Shown here: positions 1 to 11,342 of the stretch, piece after piece
How positions within the stretch are numbered: position 1 is the stretch's first letter
Layout of the letters: every line of letters starts with the position of its first letter
Source: Nemertoderma westbladi
Taxonomy: Eukaryota > Animalia > Xenacoelomorpha
Assembly (NCBI GenBank): GCA_032718475.1
Contig: JAUCBJ010007359.1
Location: forward strand, 66,802-130,801
Length of the DNA: 64,000 nt
Direction: 5' to 3'
Program-made: the position numbers and the translations under genes
Notes under the pieces: model-generated
Databases searched by the model: none
What the model was told of the DNA's origin: nothing
What the model saw: the letters and a program-made list of their open reading frames with translations, nothing else

Positions 1-1343
1 AAGATCTAGTGTTACCCGAACAATTAGTCGGTGGCACTCCGGTTGTGGGCTCCCTAGATATTCGCCCATCCTACCTAGCTGGATTGGGCTACCTTGCTAG
101 CCTCAAAAAACTGCGTAAACGCCGTTCGCTTAAGAAGGACTAACTGTTTAGAGTATTTTTATATTTTAGAAACTGTGATTTTTTATATTTTATAGAATTA
201 AATCCCATTTTCTGGGAGCGGTGTAAAAGCTTTTGCGGATATAACAGGTCATTTTTCTCCGCAATATACTGTGTAGGTGTTTTAGCGGACATAACAAGCC
301 ATTTTCTCCGCAATGTACCGTGAAGGTGTTTTAGCAGACATAACAAGCTATTTTCTGCCGCAATGCGCCTAATACTCTAAAAGACTGGGACTCAGATGAC
401 GAAATCTGCCAGCTGATTTACTGTAAACGTGGAACATCTCTTTGTTCAGCTCGCTCAACTCAGCCAATCAGAGCGATTTTCATTTTTATCTTGTACAGAG
501 GCCTACGGGAAATCGCGCAATGCATTACGGTCTTTGTTTACCTTTCTGAGCGAGAACAACTGCTTGGAAATTCTTCTGTACTTCTGTGTTGGAAGTTTCA
601 GACTTTGACCTAAACATCAGAAACATCAGATGGCTTTGATTACAAGAACGTAAAACTATTAACTGAATCATTGCTGAATCATACTTCATATCTGAATCAC
701 TGAAACAACGCGGCACTACGCAACGCGATTCAACTACCGCATCACACCGCAATTCATGCATTGCTGTACATGGAACACTGCATAAGTAACACATACTGAC
801 TGTTCACCGCATTATTTAATTCTGTTATTAATTGGTGTTATGTTGGTATATATTGCTGATATATTTGGAGAATACCGATGAATAATCATAAAACCCCAAT
901 CTTCTTGATTACTATAGGTTAGAGGAACAGGTTTACCGGTAGCAACTGCGACTTACATTATAGTGGTTTTTGTGTGAATTGAATGCTATTTCATAATCCC
1001 TACATGTGTCAGTTGCGATCCTCCTTATATATGATCAAATTCAGTGACGGTCGGCAGATCAGTGCGCAGGAGTGTGAACTAGTGTGAAGTCGTGTGAAGT
1101 AGTGTGAAGGTTAATAAAGCATCTCCTAAAGAATGCGCTTTTTACAAAACTCAGTAGCCATCCAGTTGTGATTAGTATAAGTCATAACTCTGTTTTATAC
1201 TTAAAGTGCCACGTCCTAAAGGAACTGTTAATATTTCCCCGAAAGTAAATATATTGTCAGAGCTTATATATTAACGATCAATCGAATAATACAGTAGGTC
1301 TACACTGCAATCACTATCAAAGCATCCGAATCTCGAGTCTCCC
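1..1343 (+). mobile_element. 3' end of a BEL/Pao-family LTR element: internal 3' region (1-221) plus 3'-truncated LTR (222-1343)
   Basis: 1-221 matches 17757-17840 joined to 18285-18413 (about 440-bp deletion) and ends in the same purine-rich GGGAGCGG. The LTR starts TGTAAAAGC at 222, is homologous to the LTRs at 7894, 18414 and 27608 (rc), and stops at ...AGTCTCCC 1343. Confidence 0.85.
233..366 (+). repeat. Three imperfect ~48-bp tandem units at the LTR start
   Basis: GCGGAYATAACARGYCATTTT..CCGCAAT occurs three times; the 27608 LTR has one unit. Confidence 0.7.
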
Positions 1344-1347
1344 TTAA

Positions 1348-2771
1348 CCCTATTAGTACCGGGCTATAAAATGTTGTACAAATACCGGGGGGGGGGGTCA
1401 TATTGACCCCCCCCCCCCCCCCCCCCCTACAAATATAATTTTGATAGTAATAATTTATTTTAATCGTAATAATTTAATATCTACAAATATTTACGAAAAC
1501 GTCTGATTTTTTGTTTGTACGTAGGTATCACTTGTCTGGATCCGACCGAAAAAAAAATTTTCGAAAAAATGTACTGGGGTGGTTATATTGCAGCACCAAA
1601 ATTACAAGTAGTGCACAATTTTCACAAAATTTGAAAGTTACATTTTCGGCTAATTATTTTTCAATACAGGTTTTCTGGGGCGCAAAATACATTGGAAAAT
1701 ATTTAAAAATGATATGATTACTATAAATGGCTGTTTAGTCCTCTCTGCATAGGAAAAAAAATGAAAAAAACAAGTAACCAGCACTTTTCAGTTAGAACAC
1801 AAAATTTTTAATTCACTTATACGATGCTATATATTCACATCAGGTTTTCGAGGGCGCTGATTCTAATGGAATACATTTCTAATATGCCAGATCATTGCTA
1901 CTTGTATTTTTCGGCGTAATTTGGCAAATTTTGGTGCTAGCACCAAATTTCGTACCCATCACCAAAAAGTACAAGTTTGCGATGTCCAGTGCTGTTTTTA
2001 TTGATTCCATCGGATTCAGGACCCTCATAAACCCGTATAACGCAAGAAACAAGGTGATACTATCTCCTTATCAATTTGCATATTTTCCAAAATTTGGTGC
2101 TGGCACAACAATTTTCACCCACCGGCGAAAAATACAAGTTTGAGAACTCTTATGAAATTTTTACTGATTCCATTGAATTCAGAACCATCACAAACCCGTA
2201 TAACGCAAGAAACAAGGTGACACAATCAATTGATATATTTGATGGTTTTCAAAATTTGGTGCTAGCACCACATTTTGCACCCACATCCGAAAAATACAAA
2301 TTTGAGATGTCTAGTTCGATAATTATATTTTCCATTGAATTCAGAACAGCCATAAACCTATAAAAGGCAAGAAATAAATTGTCACAAGCAATTTTATCTA
2401 TTGAATGGATTTTCAAAATTTCGTGCTAGCACCAAAAATTGCACACAGCACCGAAAAATACAAGTTTGATACGCTTGGTGCAACTCGTATATATTTCATC
2501 GAATCCAGAACCCCAAATAACCCCAATTGCGTAAAAAACAAGTTTTAAACAATCAATTTACAAAATTGACTTCTTTCAAAATTTGGTGCTGGCACCAAAA
2601 TTTGGCACCCACCGAAAAAAACAAGTTTGAAATTTCTAAATCAATTTATTTGAATTCCATCCAATTTCTAACACCAAAAAACCGGTGTAAATCAAAAGTA
2701 GAGATGTTACAATTCATATTTAATGAAATGTAATTTTCAAAAAACGTCTCAAAAAAGTGCCAAAAGTAGGG
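1348..2771. mobile_element. Non-autonomous piggyBac-like DNA transposon (MITE-like)
   Basis: TTAA at 1344-1347 followed by CCCTATT; AGTAGGG followed by TTAA at 2772-2775. Subterminal polyG-TCA-TAT-TGA-polyC palindrome at about 1387-1427, internal tandem repeats, no transposase. The TIR match is only about 5-7 bp. Confidence 0.6.
1900..2720. repeat. Five diverged ~162-164-bp tandem repeats, each with a TTTGGTGCTAGCACCAAA-type palindrome
   Basis: The palindrome core recurs near 1930, 2093, 2255, 2419 and 2582, each followed by ...AAAAATACAAGTTTGA. Confidence 0.85.
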
Positions 2772-3099
2772 TTAAAAAGTCTATGTCGTATATCCAGAAA
2801 TAGTCAGAAATACGATCTCAGTAGGAGGATTCAACATTCGAAGGCTATCTCCAAATGAATTGATTCCCAATCACTAAGGGAGGTGAACAACCAGATTTAT
2901 GACACGTATTGGTACCAGTTGTTCACAGAATATCATTGTGTCCTTTCAGTCCTTGAATCAATGGCCATGGACTTGAGGGAATTATGTGTAGTTGATTATC
3001 CACTCAACAACAAGAGGGGTGGAAGTTGATATTATAAATACCAACACAATGGTACATGGACAGGAGGTGCGGACACCAATATAAGCATCCAAATAAACA

Positions 3100-3940
3100 G
3101 TAAGGGATGGGGAGGTTTAGTAGGAGGTGGTACGATCAATATCCCGATACGACAATGATTGGTCGATCATCTCCCGAAAGCTCTGAGCGCGTTGGGTAGA
3201 GAAGATGGGAAGAAGAGGGTTTCTCTATCAACGTCTTGTATCCTCGATAGCGATGGATAGAGGGAGAATAGTGACAGGAAGGAGGAAGGATATGTGGGTA
3301 GTATCCAGAGATACCACAATGGACATGTTTTCCTTTCACGTCATTACTCATTCTTACTCTTTGATTGTGACACTGATCACAATAATTGCAGGAAGAGGAT
3401 GAGGTAAGAGGAAATTACAGCCTCCCGAAGGAGACCGCCCGCGAGCACCCGCGCCCCGGGGAAAACTATTCACATTATGGACCCTGGACATTAACGTATG
3501 TTTTTTTCTCCAGCTGGTTTTCCTCAACTTGTCTTTACAAACATTCTTCCACATTCTCTCTTTCGAGTCGGTTTCGAATAGAATTTTCATGTTTGATTCT
3601 CAGTTTATCATTCCGACTCTGATGGGTATGATATTTAAATAGAATCATTTCCCTTTCGGTGTCTACATCGTCCGTATCGTGTAAATCGATAGGATGACCA
3701 GTAGTTAAGAAGTCCATATACGTACCATTACGATGCGTATATATAGCGAGCGGTGAATTTTCTATAGTCCAATTCACGCTTGAGCCGTTCCTTTGACATT
3801 GGCGGTTCGATATAACAGCCATCGTTTTCCGTAGTATGTTGACTAGCGTCGCAGCTTATCAAACTATCAACAAACGCTTGCAGTGGTAGGGTATATCGCT
3901 CCCTGATACCAAGATCATCTTCTATCAACTCCGTCATAGC
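3100..3940 (-). pseudogene. Decayed second ORF (env position) of the outer element, function unknown
   Basis: Frameshifted pieces MTELIEDDLGIRERYTLPLQAFVDSLI..., YTHRNGTYMDFLTTGH... and NDKLRIKHENSIRNRLER align to 17050-17430. Confidence 0.6.
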
Positions 3941-5734
3941 TGCTATATGAGTTTATTGATATTAGAGTAAATAATAATTAGGCTAGCGGTCGTCGCTGCC
4001 TCCCCCTCAGTGCCCCGGACAGCGCAAGATCCTCAGCGCTGATGTACTGTCGTCGCTGTGCCTCTCGTCAACGTAGTAGCTATACAACGACAACAATAAC
4101 CAGCGCGAGTCACTCCACTGTCCGTCCCAAGGGCTTAGATATACTGGAGGTACTTGCTAAAGAGGCAGGGTAACTTTCACAACTGCGACTCGCTACTGTA
4201 AACACACTTTAGTAGTAACATTCACCTATAAATACACAAATTCCACATTCCTGTCACAATTTGTACAAATTAGGGCCATTTGTCAGTTAGTCAAGTGCCT
4301 TCCAGAATGCCACGTTATTATTATGTATCCCTGGATACTAGCAAGGTGCTATTTATTCCGCATGCTATTCAATGGGACAAGCTTTCTATTGTTCTTTTAA
4401 CTCGCTTCTAATTCTAGCGTGGTTGTTACTATGGTAACATTATGGAAAGCTAGCGGTAGAATTAGAGAAATACTCATGCATACAGATCTGGGATGCTATT
4501 TAATAGTGATTCTTTAATTGTCAATATTCCCTTTATACATGATTTTATGAATTTTATCGGCTATTGACCGTACACTGGATATTCTCTTACACTAATATAC
4601 TTAATAGGGTGAATCTCCCCACTCCCATGATCTATTAATTAGTGGAATTTTGGGAATGTTATAAATTGTATAAAATGACAATTTATCAAATTCATGAGAG
4701 GATATGAATTTAAAATTTATTCCCGTGAATTTTATTATTTGATATTAAAATAGATACAATTTTATTCCAGAACATGTCTGGGAACTAGGATCCTTAATTC
4801 CGGAAATTTGTCTTTTAAGAGTATCGGTAAGTACTACGATACTTTAATCGACTAGAATTTTAGAGGATCTAAATTTTAAACAGATTTTGATTTATAGATT
4901 TTCTAGAGTCAATTTGTTAGCATTTCCTCTATTTTAGCATTTGTTTTAACAGATTTTATAAATATTTATTAAATATTTAATATTTAAGATGGGCACCGAT
5001 TTATTCCAGAACATGTTTGGGGACGTTAACCACTGATTCTAGAATTTTGTATTTCAAGTATATCGGTGGGTGCCGCGATATCTTAATCGACTAGAATTTC
5101 AGATGGTCAAAGGGTTTAACAGATTTATCTGAAGATTTATTAACAGATTTATTTAATAGGTTTCATTAATACCATTAATATTTGTTAATATTTTGGGCTT
5201 CAACACTACTGTTAAATGGACATCATTCTACTATATGTATTATTTAATATACGGTATGAGAGCAATATTGCAAGAAGCAATGTCAGTGAGAAGAGGCAAG
5301 TCGTTTCCAAGGTCTACCCAGAGCTTGGTTTAGCCGAGACACGAGGATCTGAACTTTGCATTCCTAATACTCTACTTACCAATAATACTTGAGTATAGTA
5401 GGGGCGGTATTTTGTACTTTTAATAAGTACGGACATTTCATCTCACTGTAGTCACATATTTATAGTATGATACGGACAGTAAGGAAAGAGAAAATGAATT
5501 ATTTCTCGCCGTTAAACGAAATATATAATGCTAAGTAATTAAGTAATAAACACGAATATATATTGCACTAATCTACTGAATAATCGCTAAAATATTATTC
5601 TACTAAATAAAATTAAAGAAAACGATTATAATAATAAAATTAAGTAATAATACATACATAAATATAAAATAATAAAAAAATATAAAATAATGTAGTCACA
5701 CACCCACTCCAGACGTTGTTACGTTGAGGAGTCC

Positions 5735-7888
5735 CTAGATGTTTGTTGGATTAGGGAGGTGGTTGTGGGAAGTGTATCTTGCCTTCAGACGAAACCTATC
5801 AGACACTCTATAAGTGGGAAGGTCTTTAATAGCATGGACCTTTTCAGATACTATTGGAGCAGTATCACTAGCGATCTTCGTCCTGGAATAGTGATGATGG
5901 AAACATCTTTTCAGATACACAACAGCCTTGCAAAGCCGATTCCAGGAGCTATAATGATCTATTGCTCTTTGTAGGAGAGGGGAGAGTCCTTGCGAGACGT
6001 CTGGTGTTCCAGATTTCCAGTCTCTTTCCCGGATTTCTATAACGGATTTATTCGTATTTCTCTTAACATCCGTGGGTATGTTTAGATCTATAGCGTCGTC
6101 ACCGGAGGCATGTAGTACAGACAGATCTATCATGTGTTTGAATAACTTTGATTTACTCGTCCGGGTTTTAGGTTTGACTTTCTCCACTCCCTTGGCTTGT
6201 CTAATCTCCGCCGTGGTGAGATGAGGGGGCCATTCCTCCTCTTCTTTACTCAGGAAGTCGGGTCCACCTAACCAGTCTGGAGTATCTATCAATTCTTTAG
6301 TAGTTGCTCCTCTGGAAGCGATGTCAGCTGGATTAATCATCCCAGGACAATTTCTCCATTGATCTATATTAGAGCGACTGAGTATATGTTTATCGTCGTT
6401 ATCTGAGGGGTATGGGGTTTCCTCAGCTGGGATTCCTTCTTCACTCATTTCTTCTTCCCATTCACTCACCTGGTGGACTCGTTCACTTGGGAGTCTTTCC
6501 AGTAAAGTCCTATGGGAAGGTCCAGTAAAGTACCAACCTACTCTCGTTCTTCCCGCATACGTCTGGAGTGGTCGCGGGTCGAGCAGGCCGTTTTTCTAAT
6601 GTCTCAAGCGCCTCGTGTGCATTTTGGCCGAGTAAAATCTGCACCCCTGGATAATCCGTATTGAATCTAGGTATATTGTGTTGCTGGGTAAAATGGTCTT
6701 CATCCCAGTTGTAAGGATCCACTTGGCTAATAGCAAAGTTCTTTATCGACTATTTTCTCCTAGTTCATCCTGGGGAGTGGATAACGCACCCACGTAGTAA
6801 TCTGTGGCTACTGTGGATTTCCAAACCTGCATAATTCCGGAAAGGTTCAATTTGGTTCGGAACTTTGGTTGACCATCAAAGATATCTTCGGCTAGGTCTT
6901 TGTCGATAAAGGTGCCTGTGCTGCCGGAGTCAAGGAGGGCGTTTACTATCAAGCTCTTCCCTATCTCATGGACCCTCAATTGCACCACCGGGAATTCTCG
7001 GATCCCTACAGATGAAGTTGGCTTTCCAGAGAGCTGACTTTCTGGAATAGGCAGTCGAGGATCTTCTCCATCTATTTCTGTCTCGTATGTAAGTGCTCGA
7101 TACACAGCTGTGTTGATCATATAACAGGATTCATGTTTGTCGGAGAATTCATCCGTGTAGAATCTTTCCATCTCTGAACTGTGGTCAGTGTCGTTCACAT
7201 CACTGAATTGGACATGTAGTTCGGGCTCACTTACCTGACTCGTACGGGTTCTGTCAAATTCTGTGTGCAGATGATGTTTTGCGCCGCACTTAGCACACTT
7301 CGCGTCTGAGTAACATGTCCGTCGTTGATGTCCTCGTCTGAGGCAATTATAACACAACCGCTTATCCCACATGACATCACGTCTATCCTTCAGGGATTTC
7401 TTTAAGAATTCATCACACCCACTCAAGCGATGTGGCCCGTCGCACAATACACATTTAGGTTTGATGTTACTTACCTTAACCTGTGTTGTGTTGTGCACAC
7501 TTGTTCTTTCTTCGGGCTTTCTTCCATGAATTCTCTTAGGAGATGTAGGGGGAGTTGTTACTTGTTCTCTCCTGTCACTGGTTCGAGACTTAGATTTACT
7601 TACGTCTTTCCTAACTTTATTGACATAATAAAATCTTTTGGTGTCCTTACCGCTGTTCTCATCGTAGGAAGTTTGGCTTTCGCCGTCGTCCGTATAACAC
7701 ACTGGTGTTAACTTTCTCCTAGTAACGGGTTTTTCACTTACCTTACTTTCCGGTGTCTTCTCTCTGGACTGCTTTAGGAGGGTCTCTTTGTTGCTGGTCC
7801 ATCATATAGAGAACCTTTTTGTCCCAGCGAGTACCTACTCCACCCTTTGGCAAAGTAGATGCTACGGCTCCAACAACCATAGAACTCT
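5735..7888 (-). pseudogene. Outer element gag C-terminus, Zn knuckles, aspartic protease and RNase H relic (frameshifted)
   Basis: CVLCDGPH..C, CYNC...GH...C and CAKC...H knuckles; ALLDSGS; QWRNCPGMINPADIASRG...WLGGPDFL...WP; YSSWNRL. Several frameshifts. Confidence 0.88.
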
Positions 7889-7893
7889 GGTAT

Positions 7894-9098
7894 TGTAAAG
7901 GCTTTTGCGTAATTAGCCGGTTATTTTCCCCGTGAAGTACTCTGTAGTTGGTTTACCAGGCATAAAAGGGCCGTGTCCTTACTGTACTGTACATAAAAGT
8001 AATTTCTTCTGTATGTGTACTTTAGCGGACATAATCCGCAATTCCATGACACAAAAGCCGAAATACTCTTGGAACAGTGTAGTTACTAAGACGACAGCTA
8101 ATAGCTGAGCTGTACACGTGGAGCCTCTGCACGGAGCCTTGGTTCTTTGTTCTGCTCAGCTCAAATGACGACATCTATCAGCTGTGTCCACGTCAGTTCG
8201 ACCAATCAGAGATTTTCCCTTTGTGTAAAAGCTGTACAGCAGAATCCCATGATTCAGTACTGACGTTTCCCCCACGCCTAAGAACACCGGCCGTGGAATG
8301 TTTTCTAACATTAGAGCGTCTTTAATTATAAGATCATCAAACTGTTATCTCGGTACTGACTACAGCACCTCGGTTTTGCACCTCGGTCTTGGTCAACTTG
8401 GTTAAGTACACTTGCATTATTTGCTGCTATTTACTGTGTTGTTAATTGTATCGTTCGTTTACATATTATTATTGGGAAGAATATTGATAACGATCCGAAA
8501 ACCCAATCTTCTTGATACACTAAGGTTAGAGAGACCGGTTACATATAACAATTTGCGACATACATTATCGTGGTTTGTAGTGAATTCAATGCTACCTAAT
8601 AGGCCCTACAAATGTCGGTTGTTATTCTCTTTATATATGATTAAAATCAGTGAATGTCGGCAATTCAGTGTGCAGTTGTGTGCAATAGTCTGTGTGTGCT
8701 TGACCGAGTAACAAAGCATTTCCTAAAGAATGCACTTTGGTGATCTATAAGACATACTGTTGTGTATAGTGTAAGTCATAGCTCTGTTTAAATAGATAGA
8801 GCGCCACGTCCTAAAGGAACTGCTAATATTTCCCGAAAGTGAATAATATTCGTCAGAGATTATATATTAACGATCAATCGAATAGTACGGTAGGCCTGCA
8901 CCGCAATCAAATTAAAGCATCCAAATCCAGTCTCCCGGGTATATCCAGCGGGTGAATGGTCGCGCACAGACTGGCTTTGGCTAATGTTAGAATTATTATA
9001 GGTGTTCAATACTTGTCATAGGCTGGAGTAGATTTATAACCTAGAAGACATATAGATTTGGCGGGTTAAACTGCCAAAGGTCTTCAAAAGCCCGAACA
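7894..9098 (+). repeat. 5' LTR of inner element (1205 bp)
   Basis: TGTAAAGGC...CCGAACA. Differs from the 3' LTR by about 4-5 substitutions and 2 small indels (read by eye). Confidence 0.93.
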
Positions 9099-9459
9099 AT
9101 AACAGTTTGTAAAATTCTTGATTGCAGTGTAGGCAATAAATACAGTTTAATATTGTTCTGATAAGAACAATAACAGTTTGTAGGATCTTGATTGCGGCGT
9201 AAGCGATCAAGACTAAAGTACCGGTCGACCGGTAACCAGTAGGCCTGACTGCCTGATCATCCGGACCGGTACTTACAACAGTACAGGTACAGCAGTATTA
9301 TTCGATTTTGATAATTATATACCGGTAGGTCTCGATATTAAATCGGGGACGCCTGGTTTTTATTGGGATTTTACTTAGGTCTATTTCTGTCAGTTTTATT
9401 TACTAGTAGGATAATATTGAGCAGAAGGCGTGTAACCCTGCTCAGATTGTACAGATAAT

Positions 9460-10030
9460 TTGTAGGCTGGACTGTTGTTCTGACTGTTGTTGAGTCTGAA
9501 CGGATTGCAGTGTGTGTAGAGTCTGTCCGATAAAGTGCCAGTTAGTAAGTAGGGGCAGCCAGAGCTGTAAGGTCAACCCCCTCCTAAAGAATAAGTCGTA
9601 CTACCGTGTTAGAACGCATACTAACTAACCATTTCGGAATCTGCATATACTGTAGTTTATTTAGGCTTGATAGTAGTCTGCCAGCGTTTTAGCCTGTGTT
9701 TGTTTGTGTGGTCTGTTCAGGTACCGTAATAGTTATTACTCAGATATTTTGTAGGCTGGATTGTTGTCTAGCTGTTATTAGGTCTGAAGAGATTGCTGCG
9801 TGTGTAGAGTCTGTCCGATAAAGTGCCAGTTAGTAAGTAGGGGCAGCCAGAGCTGTAAGGTCAACCCCTCCTAAAGAATAAGTCGTACTACCGTGTTAGA
9901 ACGCATACTAACTAACCATTTTGGAATCTGCATATACTGTAGTTTATTTAGGCTTGATGGTAGTCTGCCAGCGTTTGGTTTGTAATTTGTTTGAGTAGTT
10001 TGTACGGGTAGCGTAATATTTATTATTCAG
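9460..10030 (+). repeat. ~289-bp tandem duplication in the 5' leader
   Basis: TTGTAGGCTGGA...GTCTGCCAGCG block at 9460 and 9749; single copy in the outer element (about 25935-26160). Confidence 0.85.
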
Positions 10031-11342
10031 AGTTTATGCGATTATTCGCAACATTCATATCCCTAAGTTTATTCCTACAGTAATTGTGCTTGTTATATAT
10101 ACCGTTATAGTTAAATTAACCCCGGTACTACACGGGCTGCTTGGCGTAGGTAAAGACTGGTGATCTTGTGCACCGGTCACTCCAGCAGATGCCGTGGTTC
10201 TTTTAGCTGTTCAAGTATTTTAACTACTGATTATTTGTTGTACAAGTACTTGTACCTAATTTAGGGTTTAGTGTACAGTGCTTTCCGAAGGTAATTAGTG
10301 TGTAGGCAGTATATTTGTGTTGTAAAGTGGTTAATAGGCACGTTGGTTCTGGTAGACCGCGGTAATTAACTTCTAGGTAGGGACACTCCGTGATACATAA
10401 CGTAGTACCTATAGCGATACGGCTATAGGTCGTCAGGCGGTGGTATTTTCCTATCTGGACAACACAGTGTATTTACTACTACTTATTATTTTCAAATACC
10501 GTAGTATCCTGTCCGTTGTAATAACCAGAAAATCTAACACTCTGTTAGACTGGTTTGTAGTTCCCTGTAAAATTACCCTAAAATTTCGTACGTAATATTT
10601 TTGTTGTGTTTAATTAGAGATTTAATCTCATCCGTATCGTAAGTAATTCGTAGATAAGTAACTTAGGAAGTAGAATTATTTGTTTTAGTGTCCAATAAGT
10701 AGCACTTCACTGAGAGCGCACAGCTTTTGTGTAGTGATTACTTCCCAGAAATAATAACATCTATTTCAATATTGTAACAAAACCCCTCATACGGGTACAT
10801 ATAAATCCACTAAATCTATTAATAAAATAGTAGGCCTGTTATACAACACTTAGGTCTTAATATCAGTTGGACTGCTGCTCAAATAACGGTAATAAAGTAA
10901 GTAAAGTAACCAAGTAACCCCTAACATTCAGAAATTCAATTATTTTAAAATAATTGACATACCGGTATTTACAATAGGCTTATTATATTTATTCTATAAA
11001 TTTAGGCTGAAATCATACCGGTATTCTGTAATTAATTCTAGTCTGTAATAATTATACTTATATATACTGTAAGTGTCAGCTGTATACCGGTATTCACAAT
11101 AGGCCTATTATATATTTATATATATTTGTGCCAAAATTATATACCTGTATTCTGTGACAAATCTAGTCTGTAATAATACTTATATATCTACTATAAGCAT
11201 ACCGGTATTCTAATATATTATATATATCACGCTACACTGAGTAGCAGTATCGGTAATTAATTGTTAGGCTAACAGTGATACTGAATTACTAGACTTGCTT
11301 TAACTGTAATATAGCAGTAGGCATTCAACTGTACAATCAAAC

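Noticed and set aside
8412-8711. Hydrophobic 99-aa ORF duplicated at 18934-19233
   Set aside because: It lies inside the LTRs, has a non-ATG start and is not conserved in the 222 or 27608 LTRs.
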